From Candidatus Iainarchaeum sp. (GTDB lineage Archaea; Iainarchaeota; Iainarchaeia; Iainarchaeales; JAZDEL01), in NCBI GenBank assembly GCA_043808785.1, contig JAZDEL010000009.1, positions 30,001-62,000 on the forward strand: a DNA stretch of 32,000 nt. Direction: 5' to 3'. The first letter of the stretch is position 1, and the number at the start of each line of letters is the position of its first letter. A program made the position numbers and the translations under genes. A model generated the notes under the pieces. That model ran no database searches. It worked only from the letters and a program-made list of their open reading frames with translations, and was not told the DNA's origin. Below are positions 15,122 through 21,534 of this stretch, piece by piece.

Positions 15122-16069
15122 ATGGCAAACATAAGGGAACTTCTTGCGGGCGTGATAGTGCTACTCGCGATAATCGCGATACTCCTGTTTTTCACAAGGG
15201 CATCCCAGCCGACGGAAACTGCGGCAGTGGCAAACTCCCTCGCTTTCGAGAATTCGCGCCTGAAGTTTGAAAACGACCAGCTGCAGAGCAGAATCGGCGG
15301 CATGGCGGACAAGGTGAAAAACGTGGAGATGGATTATGCCGAACTGCAGCAAAAGCGCGATGAGGATGCTAAAAGGTGCGCGGCTTCGGTCCAGCCGCCC
15401 TATGTGCTGTGGAAGGGCAGGAAGGCCACAGCGGTTTTCAGGGACATAAACAGCGAGCTGCAGCAGTGGGTGTGGGATGCGAACGTGCTGGAGAACGCGA
15501 TGCAGGCAGGCTGGTATAAGAGGGAGGTCCTGCCCGAAATGATAATCCCATTCTTAAGCAATCAGGATTCTACATATGCCAAAAAACTGAAAAGCGAGGC
15601 ACTGGGCTTCATAGGGATTAAGATGAAGGACGGCAGGATTGAGAGGGTTGCGGATGTAAGGCCTTTTGTCACGCCCGAGGCGTTTAAGGATATGGTGGGG
15701 ACAATTGCGGGAGGCGAAAAGAGCGACGAGCAGGTGATAATGGAAATCTGGAACCTGAACAGGCAGCTCTCGACATATTCAGCGGAACTTACGGAAACGC
15801 CGCGCTATCCCGCGGAAACCCTCTCCCTCGGGGGAGGGGACTGCGAGGACACTGTGATACTTGTTGCAAGCCTGCTCAGGGCGGTGCCGCGGGAGTGGAA
15901 AGTGCAGGTTGTTTACATGGACTTCGATAATCCAGCGGAGCCGAAGGAGGTAAACCACATGGCGGTTTATGTTAACACGGGCACTTACTCGACTATAATT
16001 GAAACCACGAATAAGGAAAAACTCAACCCTTTCGGCGCGGACGTGAACGGATGGTATTTTGACGTTTAG
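15122..16069 (+). CDS. Membrane-anchored transglutaminase-like / papain-fold cysteine enzyme (putative ectoenzyme)
   Basis: ORF 15041..16069 (TTG) trimmed to ATG 15122 (MANIRELLAGVIVLLAIIAILLFF: signal anchor). A coiled-coil-like segment follows (NSRLKFENDQLQSRIGGMADKVKNVEMDYAELQQKRDED). The C-terminal core is GGGDCEDTVILVASLLRA ... NHMAVYVN ... IIETT, a Cys-His-acidic pattern (Cys codon 15842-15844). Confidence 0.65.
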   Translation: MANIRELLAGVIVLLAIIAILLFFTRASQPTETAAVANSLAFENSRLKFENDQLQSRIGGMADKVKNVEMDYAELQQKRDEDAKRCAASVQPPYVLWKGRKATAVFRDINSELQQWVWDANVLENAMQAGWYKREVLPEMIIPFLSNQDSTYAKKLKSEALGFIGIKMKDGRIERVADVRPFVTPEAFKDMVGTIAGGEKSDEQVIMEIWNLNRQLSTYSAELTETPRYPAETLSLGGGDCEDTVILVASLLRAVPREWKVQVVYMDFDNPAEPKEVNHMAVYVNTGTYSTIIETTNKEKLNPFGADVNGWYFDV

Positions 16070-16110
16070 CCAATCATTCAATATTATATCCGCCTAAACG
16101 AAAACTATTG

Positions 16111-16185
16111 GGTGGCGATAACGCCGGCAAGGAAAAAACCGGCCCGTTCGGCGGGGATGTTAACGGATGGCATTTTGGCGTTTAG
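16111..16185 (+). pseudogene. Remnant copy of the last ~25 codons of the transglutaminase-like gene
   Basis: It translates GGDNAGKEKTGPFGGDVNGWHFGV*, versus the gene end TTNKEKLNPFGADVNGWYFDV*. 34 of the last 39 nt are identical. It is out of frame with the intact gene and about 45 nt past its stop. Confidence 0.55.
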
Positions 16186-16210
16186 TGTGGCGCACCGGAA
16201 ATGCACCCCC

Positions 16211-16224
16211 GAAAGGTTTAAATA
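16211..16224 (+). promoter_or_regulatory. BRE/TATA promoter of vapBC
   Basis: GAAAGGTTTAAATA, with the TATA ending 32 nt before GTG 16257. Confidence 0.5.
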
Positions 16225-16256
16225 TCCGAATTATAATATATTATAATGGTGATGGC

Positions 16257-16463
16257 GTGCAGCTTTTTGAGAGCAAGGTAAGGAAGGTCGGCACATCCTT
16301 GGGCGTGCTTATTCCCGCAGAGAGCGCAGTTAACGGCAGGCTGAAGGAGGGCTCCAGCGTGAAGGTTGCGATAATAAGGAAAGACCTAAGGCTGATTGAC
16401 AGGATGTTCGGCTCGTTTAAGGGTGGCGCATTCCACAGGGAGCACGCTGACAGGGCGTTCTGA
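16257..16463 (+). CDS. vapB: AbrB/SpoVT-fold antitoxin (VapB-like)
   Basis: ORF 16167..16463 trimmed to GTG 16257, because the upstream part lies in the gene remnant and the promoter. KVRKVGTSLGVLIPAESAVNGRLKEGSSVKVAI is a typical swapped-hairpin AbrB motif. The stop overlaps the vapC ATG (TGATG). Confidence 0.7.
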   Translation: MQLFESKVRKVGTSLGVLIPAESAVNGRLKEGSSVKVAIIRKDLRLIDRMFGSFKGGAFHREHADRAF

Positions 16464-16834
16464 TGCTCCTTGACACTTACGCATGGGTGGAATACTTTAA
16501 CGGCACAGCCAAGGGCGAGACTGTGAGGGCCCTGCTTAGGGAAAAACAGTGCTTCACCTCGGCGATTTCCCTTGCGGAGTTGAGCGAGTGGTGCGCCAGA
16601 AAGGGGCGCGAAAGCGGTGAAATTCTCGGCGCGGTCAAGAAAACCTCCATCATTATCGGCCTTGACAACGATTTGCTCGAGGCTGCCGGAAGGATAAGCC
16701 ACGGCATGAAGTGCACGGTAAAGGGTTTTGGGATGCTTGATGCCATTATCCTCGCAACCTCAAGGGCGTATTCCCTACCCGTTGTTACGGGCGACAGGCA
16801 TTTTGCAGGGGAAGAAGGCGCGGTTATGCTGTGA
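16463..16834 (+). CDS. vapC: PIN-domain ribonuclease toxin VapC
   Basis: 123 aa: MLLDTYAWVEYF... with conserved acidic residues (D4, E in LAELSEW, D in MLDAIILATS, D in VVTGDRHF). Confidence 0.85.
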   Translation: MLLDTYAWVEYFNGTAKGETVRALLREKQCFTSAISLAELSEWCARKGRESGEILGAVKKTSIIIGLDNDLLEAAGRISHGMKCTVKGFGMLDAIILATSRAYSLPVVTGDRHFAGEEGAVML

Positions 16835-16856
16835 CTGCACGCGGCACCGGAACCAT

Positions 16857-17252
16857 TTATTCCGGCAGTTCGCCCAGCAGTTTCATCGCCTTTTTTGCCT
16901 TTCCCGCGGGCACGAATAAATGGTCGTGGTAATATGCGGAAACCGCGTTGACGCTTATTCCGTTTTTCGCAAGTTTTTTCGTTATCGCCGCAAGGAAGCC
17001 CACCGCTGCAAGGTCGGAGTGCACCGTGAGGGTAATCATCGCCCATGCCCCGCAGTAAGGCAGCCCCGCAATGTCCGCGGCCTCTTTTTCAATTATAACC
17101 GTAACCCCTTCCTTTTCCCTGAATGCCATGACCGCGGGAATTTTTAATTCCCCGAACCGCGATTCGGGAACTGTGCAGAAAACATACTCCCCCTTAACCG
17201 GTTCGGGCTTCATCGAACGCAGCAGTTCGCCGAGATTTTTGGTTCCTGGCAT
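16857..17252 (-). CDS. ACT-domain protein (ACT_7-like)
   Basis: 131 aa: GEYVFCTV...AFREKEGVTVII...WAMITLTVHSDLAAVGFLAAITKKLAKNGISVNAVSAYYHDHLFVP. This matches the small standalone ACT family. It lies 15 nt downstream of the hydrolase gene on the same strand. Confidence 0.7.
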   Translation of the reverse strand: MPGTKNLGELLRSMKPEPVKGEYVFCTVPESRFGELKIPAVMAFREKEGVTVIIEKEAADIAGLPYCGAWAMITLTVHSDLAAVGFLAAITKKLAKNGISVNAVSAYYHDHLFVPAGKAKKAMKLLGELPE

Positions 17253-17267
17253 TTTAATTCCCCAGTA

Positions 17268-17822
17268 TCACAATATCGGCTCCAGCTTCTCAAGCAGCAG
17301 ACCGAATTTATCGTAACCCGCCTTCGAATTGAAGTGCCCGGCATCCTTCAGGCGGATTAGTTCAACCCCAAGCTCCTTTGCGATTTTTTCCCCGTTGGCT
17401 ATGCAGATAAGCGGGTCGTCCTCGGAATGGAAAACGAAAAAATGCCCCGAACTGTTCCTGATTTTTTCCCAATCGAAAGGCGCCTCGACGAACGGCCTGT
17501 CCGCCTCGTAATATTTTATCGGCTTAACCCCCGCGGAAGCCGCGACAAACACCGCGACTTTTACTTTTGTTTTTGTTTTCTCCAGCACCCTCAGGAGGAA
17601 CGCTCCGCCGCAGCTGTGCCCTATCAGGATCGTGTCCCTGTTAAGGAACTTTTCATAATTTTTGAAAACCCCAAACCATGCGCGCGGGTTCTGGTTTTTC
17701 GGCGTAGGGAACTGCGGTATGATTACATCATATCCGTGTTTTTCCAGCTGCTCTTTCAGCCACGGGAACCAGTTTTCCTTCGGGTGCCCTTCAGTGCCGT
17801 GGATAATTATCGCATTCTTCAT
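17268..17822 (-). CDS. Alpha/beta serine hydrolase (YdeN/RBBP9-type)
   Basis: ORF 17268..17879 trimmed to ATG 17822 (MKNAIIIHGTEGHPKENWFPWL...). Nucleophile elbow GHSCGG, later DD and GHF. About 184 aa. Confidence 0.8.
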   Translation of the reverse strand: MKNAIIIHGTEGHPKENWFPWLKEQLEKHGYDVIIPQFPTPKNQNPRAWFGVFKNYEKFLNRDTILIGHSCGGAFLLRVLEKTKTKVKVAVFVAASAGVKPIKYYEADRPFVEAPFDWEKIRNSSGHFFVFHSEDDPLICIANGEKIAKELGVELIRLKDAGHFNSKAGYDKFGLLLEKLEPIL

Positions 17823-17929
17823 AACCCTGCCCCTTTGCGGCGCATTTTTGCCGGGGTTCATTAACGCCGTTATGCGCAAACCGCTTAATTATTGTTTCGC
17901 TGAAACCGCACAGCCCGCAAAACCGCCCC

Positions 17930-17940
17930 AAATATATTAA
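17930..17940 (+). promoter_or_regulatory. TATA box for the FGase-like gene
   Basis: CCCAAATATATTAAT ends about 33 nt before ATG 17973. It is related to the GAACCAAATATTTAT boxes at 20823, 21381 and 21430. Confidence 0.45.
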
Positions 17941-17972
17941 TTTCCGAACCCATATGCCCTTGGGGTTTTGGC

Positions 17973-19061
17973 ATGGGTTCGATAGGCCTGAGGGAGATAA
18001 GGGATTATGTGGAGCAGATGACTCCCATTTTAATCCGCCCCACGGCAACATCCATAACAATCAGCCTTTCGAAAAGGTTCTTTATTTTCCAGATAGCCAG
18101 GCAGCTCATCAGGGTTATCGAGGACGAGCCATACCTCAATTTCATAAGCTTCCTGAAGAATTACAAGGTCCTCAGGAGTTTCCTCACGGGAAGCATTTCC
18201 GACATATACAGGGACAGGAACAAATCATATTTCAGGAACTTTTTCACGGACAAAAGCCTTTATGAACTCGTGAAATCCGACCTGGAATGGATTTATGAAA
18301 GGAACCGGGACATCAGGCTCACGGTAATGAAAAACGGGCTTGTAATTTACGACAATTACAAAAAAAATAAATTCAACATACTCCTGTTAACCGTGCATTC
18401 GGGGGCATGGATGCCGAAAGGCATAGGGGCGAAACAGATTCTGACAAAGGCTGAAAGGGCGCTTGAGGAGGACACCGAGGTGCAAAAAGTTTACGGGGAC
18501 CTGTTCCTCGCGAAAGGCGGCATATGGATCGACTGCAAATTTTCAAGGTTCGCCTGCGACCTGAACAGGGCGCCGGGGAACGCGATTTATTCCAAGAATT
18601 CGGAAAAATGGGCCGGCGACATATGGAAACAGGAACTTTCCGCGGCGCAGAGAAAGGGGCTGATGCAGGTCTATGACGAGTTCTATTTCATTCTCGGAAA
18701 AATCGTGGACGCATATAAATTCAATATAATTTTTGACGCCCACTCCATGAAGGATGCGCCCGACAGGGCGGAAATAAGCTTCGGCACGAAATACATACCG
18801 AAGTTCTATCTCCCCGTGATAAAAAGCATGCGGAAGAAAATGCAAAAGCTCGGCTACCGGAATGTGCAGCTTAACGCCCCGTACTACGGCGGGCACATAC
18901 TTGAATGGCTCAGCGGAAAGTTCCCCGACCTTTTTATTTTTTCGATGGAGGTAAACAAAAAATTATACCTGGATGGCGGCAGGAAAAAGGTCGATGAAAA
19001 AAGAATGGCCGAACTTTCGGGCAATATAACGAATATTTTCGATATCGAAGAGGAAACATAG
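17973..19061 (+). CDS. N-formylglutamate amidohydrolase (FGase)-family protein with a ~130-aa N-terminal extension
   Basis: 362 aa. FGase-type motifs: LLLTVHSGAWMP, SRFACDLNR, IIFDAHSM, GGH. Confidence 0.7.
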   Translation: MGSIGLREIRDYVEQMTPILIRPTATSITISLSKRFFIFQIARQLIRVIEDEPYLNFISFLKNYKVLRSFLTGSISDIYRDRNKSYFRNFFTDKSLYELVKSDLEWIYERNRDIRLTVMKNGLVIYDNYKKNKFNILLLTVHSGAWMPKGIGAKQILTKAERALEEDTEVQKVYGDLFLAKGGIWIDCKFSRFACDLNRAPGNAIYSKNSEKWAGDIWKQELSAAQRKGLMQVYDEFYFILGKIVDAYKFNIIFDAHSMKDAPDRAEISFGTKYIPKFYLPVIKSMRKKMQKLGYRNVQLNAPYYGGHILEWLSGKFPDLFIFSMEVNKKLYLDGGRKKVDEKRMAELSGNITNIFDIEEET

Positions 19062-19062
19062 C

Positions 19063-19110
19063 TTTTTATATGGCGGGCAACTTTTTATATGACGAATAAT
19101 TTTTTATATG
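19063..19110 (+). promoter_or_regulatory. Three tandem TTTTTATATG boxes at exact 19-nt spacing upstream of the GCS2 gene
   Basis: TTTTTATATG occurs at 19063-19072, 19082-19091 and 19101-19110. The last copy ends 20 nt before ATG 19130. Confidence 0.6.
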
Positions 19111-19129
19111 GCAGGGGCTGTACTTTTTG

Positions 19130-20479
19130 ATGCAATCTTCCAATCCGGCGGGCGGGAAGCCGAAAAAGAAAGTGACCTTCGGGGTCGAGTTCGAACTGTT
19201 CACGCTTGACAAGTCCGGCAGGATGGCAAACACCGCAGGCACGCTCATAGATTCCGTGAGGAAAAAACACCCCCAAATCGACATTGTAAAGGAATGCGGA
19301 AAAAATATGGTTGAAATGCGGAGCGAGCCCGACGCGGACATCCCGAACGCGATGCTGGAAACTCTTGAAGATTTTGAATGCCTTCTCCACACCGCGGAAA
19401 CGGAAAATATTATCCTCTATCCGTACGGCACATACCCCGGGGAATTCAGCCCGCTGATGAACGAGGATAAATCCTATGCGATAAAGGAGAAAATTTTGGG
19501 GAAAAAAAGGTTTTCCATTGCGGGGAGGTGCGTGGGCATGCACTGCCATTATTCCCTGCCCCGCGGCGTATTTGATTTTTCAAACAAATTCCTCGACATT
19601 TTTGCCACGTCGAAAAACAAGGACGTCCTCGGCAACATGTACAACCTTTTTATCGCAATGGACCCCGCGCTGACAACCTTTACGCAATCCTCCCCCTTTT
19701 ACCAGGGAAAATATATCGGCAAGGATTCAAGGGTAATAGTGTACAGGGGCGGAAAGCCGTTTAACTATCCCGAAGGGCTTTACGCCAACCACCCCGAATT
19801 CGGGGCGCTTCAGCCCTACAAGCTTGCGTACATCGATTTTAACGAACTGATACAAAAGCAATTTTACCTCTGGAACTATATAATCGACAGCGTGGATGTG
19901 AAGCTTCTGGCATTCGCAAAATACGGCTCGATTCTTGACACAGCATGGAATCCGGTGAGAATAAATGCGCACGGCACAATGGAACAGCGGGGCATGGACA
20001 TGAACAGGCCGGGGATTACCGCGGCAATTGCCGCCCTTGTAAAGGCGATATGCGTGGCTGTGCATACGAATTTTTTGGGTGTTGAACCGTCAAGGGACGC
20101 AATAAGCAGGCCTTTTAAATTCGAGAAAAACACGATTTTCATACCGCCGCATTCCCACGTAAGGAATAAGCTTCAGTATAATGCCGCCTATAAAGGGCTG
20201 GAGGATAAGGACGTGCATAATTACTGCAAAAGCCTTATGGAGCTGGGCAAAAAATTCATGAATAAAAGCGACATCGTGCTCCTGAAGCCATTGGAGATAA
20301 TGCTTGAGTCGAGAAAAACGGTTTCGGATGAAATCCTCGATATGGCGAAAAAGCAGGGAATTGACATTGCCGCAAAACTGTCGAATGAAGATGCGGCACA
20401 GCTTGCCCTGCTGCTTTCGAATGAACTGTTCAAGGATGTGTTGCTCACGAAGCAGAGCCTGAGCAAGGCCGAAGGCTGA
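19130..20479 (+). CDS. Carboxylate-amine ligase, glutamate-cysteine ligase family 2 (GCS2/YbdK-like)
   Basis: ORF 19127 (TTG) trimmed to ATG 19130. Motifs: FGVEFELFTLD, MVEMRSEP, GMHCHYSLP. About 449 aa with a C-terminal helical extension. Confidence 0.8.
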   Translation: MQSSNPAGGKPKKKVTFGVEFELFTLDKSGRMANTAGTLIDSVRKKHPQIDIVKECGKNMVEMRSEPDADIPNAMLETLEDFECLLHTAETENIILYPYGTYPGEFSPLMNEDKSYAIKEKILGKKRFSIAGRCVGMHCHYSLPRGVFDFSNKFLDIFATSKNKDVLGNMYNLFIAMDPALTTFTQSSPFYQGKYIGKDSRVIVYRGGKPFNYPEGLYANHPEFGALQPYKLAYIDFNELIQKQFYLWNYIIDSVDVKLLAFAKYGSILDTAWNPVRINAHGTMEQRGMDMNRPGITAAIAALVKAICVAVHTNFLGVEPSRDAISRPFKFEKNTIFIPPHSHVRNKLQYNAAYKGLEDKDVHNYCKSLMELGKKFMNKSDIVLLKPLEIMLESRKTVSDEILDMAKKQGIDIAAKLSNEDAAQLALLLSNELFKDVLLTKQSLSKAEG

Positions 20480-20508
20480 ACTTTTCGCCAGCCTTTTGCA
20501 GGCAGCGT

Positions 20509-20640
20509 GATTTCCGCGAAGCGGAAATCCTTCTTTTCGCAGGCTAAATTTTTCCCCGGGATTTCGGCCATTGGCCGAAATTTTTCGGGCACGCTAATTG
20601 GGCTCCGCCCAATTGCGCCCGTTTTGGCGAAAGCCAAAAC
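20509..20640. repeat. Array of four distinct short hairpins (7-9 bp stems, 3-5 nt loops)
   Basis: GATTTCCGC-gaa-GCGGAAATC (20509-20529). ATTTCGGCC-att-GGCCGAAAT (20561-20581). AATTGGG-ctccg-CCCAATT (20596-20614). GTTTTGGC-gaaa-GCCAAAAC (20621-20640). Confidence 0.6.
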
Positions 20641-20655
20641 AGGGCAGCCCGAAAT

Positions 20656-20710
20656 GCTTTTGGAAGTGAATTCAAAACCCTTGGTTTTGAAATACGCCCC
20701 GAAAAGGCTG
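20656..20710 (-). repeat. tRNA-trailer palindromic module, copy C
   Basis: The minus strand reads CAGCCTTTTCGGGGCGTA-TTTCAAAACCAAGGGTTTTGAA-TTCACTTCCAAAAGC, starting 3 nt after tRNA-Ser(TGA). Confidence 0.6.
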
Positions 20711-20793
20711 CGCGGGGGACGAGATTCGAACTCGCGCGTCCAGAGGACTCCCGGTCTCAAGCCGGGTGCGTTTGACCGCTCCGCCACCCCCGC
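20711..20793 (-). tRNA. tRNA-Ser (anticodon TGA), type II
   Basis: Hand-folded. Acceptor GCGGGGG/CCCCCGC; anticodon stem CCCGG/CCGGG; loop CT-TGA-GA; 14-nt variable arm; T arm GCGAG-TTCGAAT-CTCGT; discriminator G. Confidence 0.85.
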
Positions 20794-20822
20794 ATGAGGG
20801 CGTGAAACCCTATTTACACACT

Positions 20823-20842
20823 GAACCAAATATTTATTAATG
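20823..20842. promoter_or_regulatory. Promoter-like box GAACCAAATATTTATTAATG (copy 1 of an identical 20-mer)
   Basis: Identical to 21430-21449. The palindromic core AAATATTT lies about 35 nt from the 5' end of tRNA-Ser(TGA) on one side and upstream of the mini-ORFs on the other. Confidence 0.45.
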
Positions 20843-20916
20843 CCCGCTCTGCCCCTAAAGTAAATTCCCTGAACGCAACCAAAAAGTTAAAAAAGAACGG
20901 GGGCGTTAATTATAAT

Positions 20917-21075
20917 ATGGCTCAAAAAGGTTTTCTTTCGTTCAGAGTGGCAGGTGCAATAATCGGTTCCGCGGGTTTTATTTTGGCGGCATATCAGGGC
21001 ATGGGAACCGTTCCGACTGCACTGATAGGTATCGGCGTTGTCCTAATCACGGCAGGTTTTGAATATGGGGGTTGA
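20917..21075 (+). CDS. Mini membrane protein (52 aa, two hydrophobic segments)
   Basis: Not in the ORF track (under 60 aa): MAQKGFLSFRVAGAIIGSAGFILAAYQGMGTVPTALIGIGVVLITAGFEYGG*. An A/T box, AAGTTAAAAAAG, lies about 25 nt upstream. Confidence 0.4.
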   Translation: MAQKGFLSFRVAGAIIGSAGFILAAYQGMGTVPTALIGIGVVLITAGFEYGG

Positions 21076-21079
21076 GAAT

Positions 21080-21220
21080 ATGGGGGCTGAAATTCTCGGG
21101 CTTCTTATGATTGCTGCTTCAATGGTTTTCGCTTTTTACAGAAAGCGGAATGAACTTGGGCTGGCGCTGCTGATTATTCTCTTTATAGTGGCTTATATGC
21201 TGGGCTACTTTGGAAAGTAG
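21080..21220 (+). CDS. Mini membrane protein (46 aa, two hydrophobic segments)
   Basis: Not in the ORF track: MGAEILGLLMIAASMVFAFYRKRNELGLALLIILFIVAYMLGYFGK*. It starts 5 nt after the previous stop. Confidence 0.4.
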   Translation: MGAEILGLLMIAASMVFAFYRKRNELGLALLIILFIVAYMLGYFGK

Positions 21221-21375
21221 CGGGATTAATTTTTCCATGCCATTTTTCGCCCCCAAAGCCCGCACTTTTCAGGACTTTAGGGGCAAAGCCCATCGGCGCC
21301 TGCGGGTTCCGTAACTGCCGCGGCACAGGGCAAATAAGGCGGTTTCGGTTCAAAGCCCGCAGGGGGTGCCTGATT

Positions 21376-21449
21376 GCGGCGGAACCAAATATTTATCGCC
21401 CGGCAGGGGTTTATTGCCTCCGCGCGGCGGAACCAAATATTTATTAATG
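21376..21449 (+). promoter_or_regulatory. Tandem duplicated promoter-like box (GCGGCGGAACCAAATATTTAT twice, 48 nt apart)
   Basis: Identical 21-mers at 21376-21396 and 21424-21444. The second extends to the 20-mer shared with 20823-20842. Confidence 0.5.
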
Positions 21450-21534
21450 AAGTATTGTCATTATTACAGTGCCTGCGCATTGGCGCCGGCAGTATGGGGG
21501 TTATTTTTTGGGAATCGCGGAAAACCTGCAGTCC

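Noticed and set aside
16167-16256. Upstream part of ORF 16167..16463
   Set aside because: It starts inside the remnant of the neighbouring gene's C-terminus and reads through the vapB BRE/TATA box. AbrB-type antitoxins are about 65-80 aa, which fits GTG 16257.
20509-20640. Possible CRISPR array or other constant-repeat array
   Set aside because: Every hairpin has a different stem sequence, there is no constant repeat with regular spacers, and no cas genes are in the window.
20221-20829. 202-aa minus-strand ORF
   Set aside because: It runs through the end of the GCS2 gene (antisense), the hairpin array and the whole tRNA-Ser(TGA) gene. It is not credible as coding.
21221-21534. Structured ncRNA (SRP RNA, RNase P RNA or similar) in the 314-nt spacer
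   Set aside because: I could not find the conserved motifs I know (for example the GAGGAAAGTCC-like CR-I of RNase P, or SRP helix-8 signatures). The region is better explained by duplicated promoter-like boxes. A covariance-model scan would be needed to exclude an ncRNA.
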